This document shows, piece by piece, positions 58,485 through 64,000 of a stretch of 64,000 nucleotides of DNA. The position numbers were made by a program, and so were the translations under genes. Position 1 is the stretch's first letter; each line of letters starts with the position of its first letter. The notes beneath the pieces were generated by a model, which searched no databases, had not been told where the DNA came from, and saw only the letters and a program-made list of their open reading frames with translations. This stretch comes from Gemmatimonadota bacterium (GTDB taxonomy: Bacteria; Gemmatimonadota; Gemmatimonadetes; Gemmatimonadales; GWC2-71-9): NCBI GenBank assembly GCA_003223395.1, contig QHUZ01000034.1:78930-142929 (forward strand), given 5' to 3'.

Positions 58485-59278
58485 TGGCGAGGCAACAGAC
58501 GATCGGGATCCTGGCGGCGGTGATGGCGTTCGCGGGAACGGCCGCGTGTCACCCGCGGGGCCGTACTCCGCAGGCCCCGCCGGCGGTCGCGCCCGACGTC
58601 GATCGTCGCCGTGCGATGGATCTCTTCCACCGCGGTGATTTTCGCCGTGCGCAAACGATTCTGCAGCGCGTGACCTTCGAGCTTACGCCCGGGACTCCCG
58701 AGCTCGCGGAGGTGCGGTATTACCTCGCCGAGTGCTCGTTCCAGCTCGGTGACTACGTGCAAGCCGCGAGCGATTTCCGGAAGGTCGCCGACGAATTCTC
58801 GACCACCGAGTTCGCGCCGCCGGCCCTGCTCAGGGCGGGCGACGCGAATCTCCGTCTCTGGCGCCGGCCCGAGCTCGACCCGTCGTACGGCGAGACCGCA
58901 TTGGCGATCTATCAGGAGCTCGCAGGCCGCTTTCCCGACAGCGATGCCGCCGCGCGCGGCCGGGTGCACGTGCGCCGTCTCGAGAACCAGTTTGCCGAGA
59001 AGACGTACAAGACGGGCATCTTTTATCTGCGCCGCAAGGCGTTTGACTCCGCGATCATTTATTTCAAGGACGTGATCGCGAACTACCCCACGGCCGACCG
59101 CGCGCCTGACGCCCTGCTGCGATTGGTGGACAGCTATCGCGCCATCGGGTACAAGCAGGAGCTGCAGGAGACGTGCGAGCACCTGCGGCGGTTCTATCCC
59201 AAGGCAGCGGGACTCGACCGCACCTGCCCTGCAACGGCCGATTCCAGCGCGACTCAGGCGACCCCGTCCACCCCCTGA
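58481..59278 (+). CDS. bamD: outer membrane protein assembly factor BamD (YfiO-like lipoprotein)
   Basis: Lipobox FAGTAAC. YYLAECSFQLGDYVQAASDF...KTGIFYLRRKAFDSAIIYF is the BamD TPR pattern. Confidence 0.75.
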   Translation: MMARQQTIGILAAVMAFAGTAACHPRGRTPQAPPAVAPDVDRRRAMDLFHRGDFRRAQTILQRVTFELTPGTPELAEVRYYLAECSFQLGDYVQAASDFRKVADEFSTTEFAPPALLRAGDANLRLWRRPELDPSYGETALAIYQELAGRFPDSDAAARGRVHVRRLENQFAEKTYKTGIFYLRRKAFDSAIIYFKDVIANYPTADRAPDALLRLVDSYRAIGYKQELQETCEHLRRFYPKAAGLDRTCPATADSSATQATPSTP

Positions 59279-59283
59279 CCAGC

Positions 59284-59868
59284 GTGGCCGGCGGCGGTGC
59301 GCTGTTCGGTGGCTCGTTCGACCCCGTGCATGTCGCCCATTTGATCGTGGCAGAAGCAGCGGCGGACGCGTTGGGGTCGAATGTGCGCTTTCTGCCCGCG
59401 CGCGAGCAGCCCTTGAAGCGCGGGGCGCGGGCCGGCCATGTGGCGACGCCGGAGCAGCGCGCGGAGATGCTGGAACTCGCGGTCGCCGGAAACCCGCGAT
59501 TCGGCGTGGAGCGGGTCGAATTGGGGCTGCCGACGCCATCGTATACCGTCCGGACGCTGCGGGCGTTGGGTGAGCGGGAGCGCGGGGAAGGGAACCGGTT
59601 CACGTTATTGCTAGGAGCGGATGCCGCCCGCGATCTGGCCGAGTGGTGGGAAGTCGAAGCGCTTCCAGAACTTGCCGACATTGTCGTTTTCGCCCGGCCC
59701 GGCGCCAGCGTGGTGCGTCATCCGCTGATCAAGCGAGTTATCCCGGTGCCCTCGATCGACCTCTCCGCCACGCAGGTGCGGGAGCGCGTCAAACAGGGGC
59801 GTTCCATTCGATATTTAGTGCCCGATCCGGTGCGCGAATACATCGGAACACACGGGCTGTACCGCTAG
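59284..59868 (+). CDS. nadD: nicotinate-nucleotide adenylyltransferase
   Basis: GTG start. GGGALFGGSFDPVHVAHL and ISATQVRERV. CTG 59275 (a CTGA overlap with the bamD stop) is an alternative start. Confidence 0.85.
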   Translation: MAGGGALFGGSFDPVHVAHLIVAEAAADALGSNVRFLPAREQPLKRGARAGHVATPEQRAEMLELAVAGNPRFGVERVELGLPTPSYTVRTLRALGERERGEGNRFTLLLGADAARDLAEWWEVEALPELADIVVFARPGASVVRHPLIKRVIPVPSIDLSATQVRERVKQGRSIRYLVPDPVREYIGTHGLYR

Positions 59869-59875
59869 GAGTGTA

Positions 59876-63169
<3,294 letters not shown>

Positions 63170-63174
63170 AACAA

Positions 63175-63206
63175 GACGAGGGACGCCGAACAGAGCGTCC
63201 CTCGTC
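63175..63206. terminator. 12-bp perfect hairpin between the convergent secA and lipoprotein genes
   Basis: GACGAGGGACGC (63175-63186), loop CGAACAGA, GCGTCCCTCGTC (63195-63206). There is no U tract on either side. Confidence 0.5.
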
Positions 63207-63223
63207 GCACGCGCCTTATCCTG

Positions 63224-63757
63224 CTACTGGCTGACTACGTACTGATAGCAAGCGCTTTCCAACACCATTGCGCCTGCCGCATCGATGACCCGGAAGTGGA
63301 TGTCGAACGTCGTGCCGATGTTCGATACAGCAAGAGCCCTCCACAGCGCCGCCCGCCCCGTTCCCCCATCATCAGTCACGATCGCCTGCGGGGTGGTTCC
63401 GAGCCCAAGCGTCAGCCATGCAGTGCTGGTGCAGTCGTCGTCCACGTTCGTGTCCACTGCGCGCTGCAACCGGTAACTCGCATTCGGGGCGAGGTCGCGC
63501 ACCCACGTGTCGAGGTAGATAATCACGTCACCGTCCTTCGGCTGGCGAAACGTGACGTGTCCGAATCCCCCCGCGCCCGTGGCATCTCTGAGGATGATTT
63601 CGTCGTTGAAGGGCGGCGTCGCCGGTCCCGACGTGCTTGCGCTGATCGGCACGTTCAAGGAGGATCCGCCGGCGAGATTCGGAGCCACGGGATCGGAGCG
63701 GTCGGTGACGCAGGCCGCCAGCGCAACCGCGCCTAGGATGATGCAATAACCTCTCAT
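63224..63757 (-). CDS. lipoprotein, unknown function
   Basis: 177 aa. Lipobox LGAVALAAC and a beta-rich sequence. Confidence 0.6.
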   Translation of the reverse strand: MRGYCIILGAVALAACVTDRSDPVAPNLAGGSSLNVPISASTSGPATPPFNDEIILRDATGAGGFGHVTFRQPKDGDVIIYLDTWVRDLAPNASYRLQRAVDTNVDDDCTSTAWLTLGLGTTPQAIVTDDGGTGRAALWRALAVSNIGTTFDIHFRVIDAAGAMVLESACYQYVVSQ

Positions 63758-63914
63758 ACAGCCTCCCTATAGGGTGAAAAAAGGACCAGGAGGCGCGTTC
63801 ATCTAGCGACGCTACCCTCGTGGGTTACCTTGGAGCATCGTAAGGTCGGTCCGTGAACCCGCTGTGATTCGGGCGTGAACTGGACGGGCGACCTCGGCAG
63901 GAGTGGTGTCGCGC

Positions 63915-64000
63915 ATGATCCGTTTCCGCACGCTGGGTGGTCTGGAGCTATCGGACTCGCAGGGCCGCGACCTTCACGCGCTCCTGTCAAAGCCAAAACG
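63915..64000 (+). CDS. 5' end of a gene encoding a winged-helix (BTAD/OmpR-like) N-terminal domain; runs off the window
   Basis: MIRFRTLGGLELSDSQGRDLHALLSKPK. From memory, this N-terminus is typical of multidomain regulator/kinase proteins in Gemmatimonadota and Acidobacteriota. Confidence 0.45.
   Translation, partial: MIRFRTLGGLELSDSQGRDLHALLSKPK

Overview
This is a 64-kb, visibly GC-rich chromosomal segment (GC judged by eye, not computed). It comes from a diderm bacterium, as shown by BamD, a beta-barrel OMP and many lipoprotein signal peptides. Several protein N-termini resemble those of Gemmatimonadota or Acidobacteriota, but I cannot verify that without a search. I support about 70 genes, almost all housekeeping. 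From start to end they are: two Na+/solute symporters and an IscA-like protein; an AmiE-like/NagZ/NamZ cell-wall sugar recycling trio; a 1249-aa secreted S1 protease with seven CARDB-like repeats; a CDP-alcohol phosphatidyltransferase paired with myo-inositol-1-phosphate synthase; a membrane pyrophosphatase; a copper module (cupredoxin-like protein, CopA, CopZ); a 2-oxoacid dehydrogenase E1a/E1b/E2 set that opens a ~10.4-kb run of 15 tightly packed same-strand genes (PHP esterase, peroxiredoxin, two SDRs, a Rossmann protein, DUF309, TrxB, an MBL hydrolase, a membrane protein); a decayed aspA; Rrf2 with MoeB-rhodanese; tRNA-Leu(CAG); smpB, an amidase, pyrD and pyrF; the rpmJ-rpsM-rpsK-rpsD-rpoA-rplQ operon; rpmB; a nucleotide-sugar block (gmd, rmd-like, WbpD/E/B/A-like, ugd, uxs, an epimerase) interrupted by carB and murB; and TPR proteins, bamD, nadD and secA. 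I found no transposases, integrases, CRISPR arrays, rRNA or recognisable defence systems. I also cannot point to a clear novel multi-gene system. The most unusual signals are recoding and initiation oddities concentrated in the 24-30 kb operon. (1) A peroxiredoxin has an in-frame TGA exactly at the catalytic Cys, making it a selenocysteine candidate. (2) Two enzymes have essential N-terminal motifs upstream of any ATG/GTG/TTG, implying ATT/CTG starts overlapping the preceding stop. (3) A Cys-rich zinc-ribbon-like coding frame has no canonical start. (4) Tandem and inverted GGCGCAC heptamer arrays occur at two sites. Other points of note are a 12-bp palindrome that encodes the first four codons of two divergent genes, a stand-alone paralog of the protease pro-region, and three apparent gene remnants. 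All functional calls rest on motif recognition by eye; no database search was possible.
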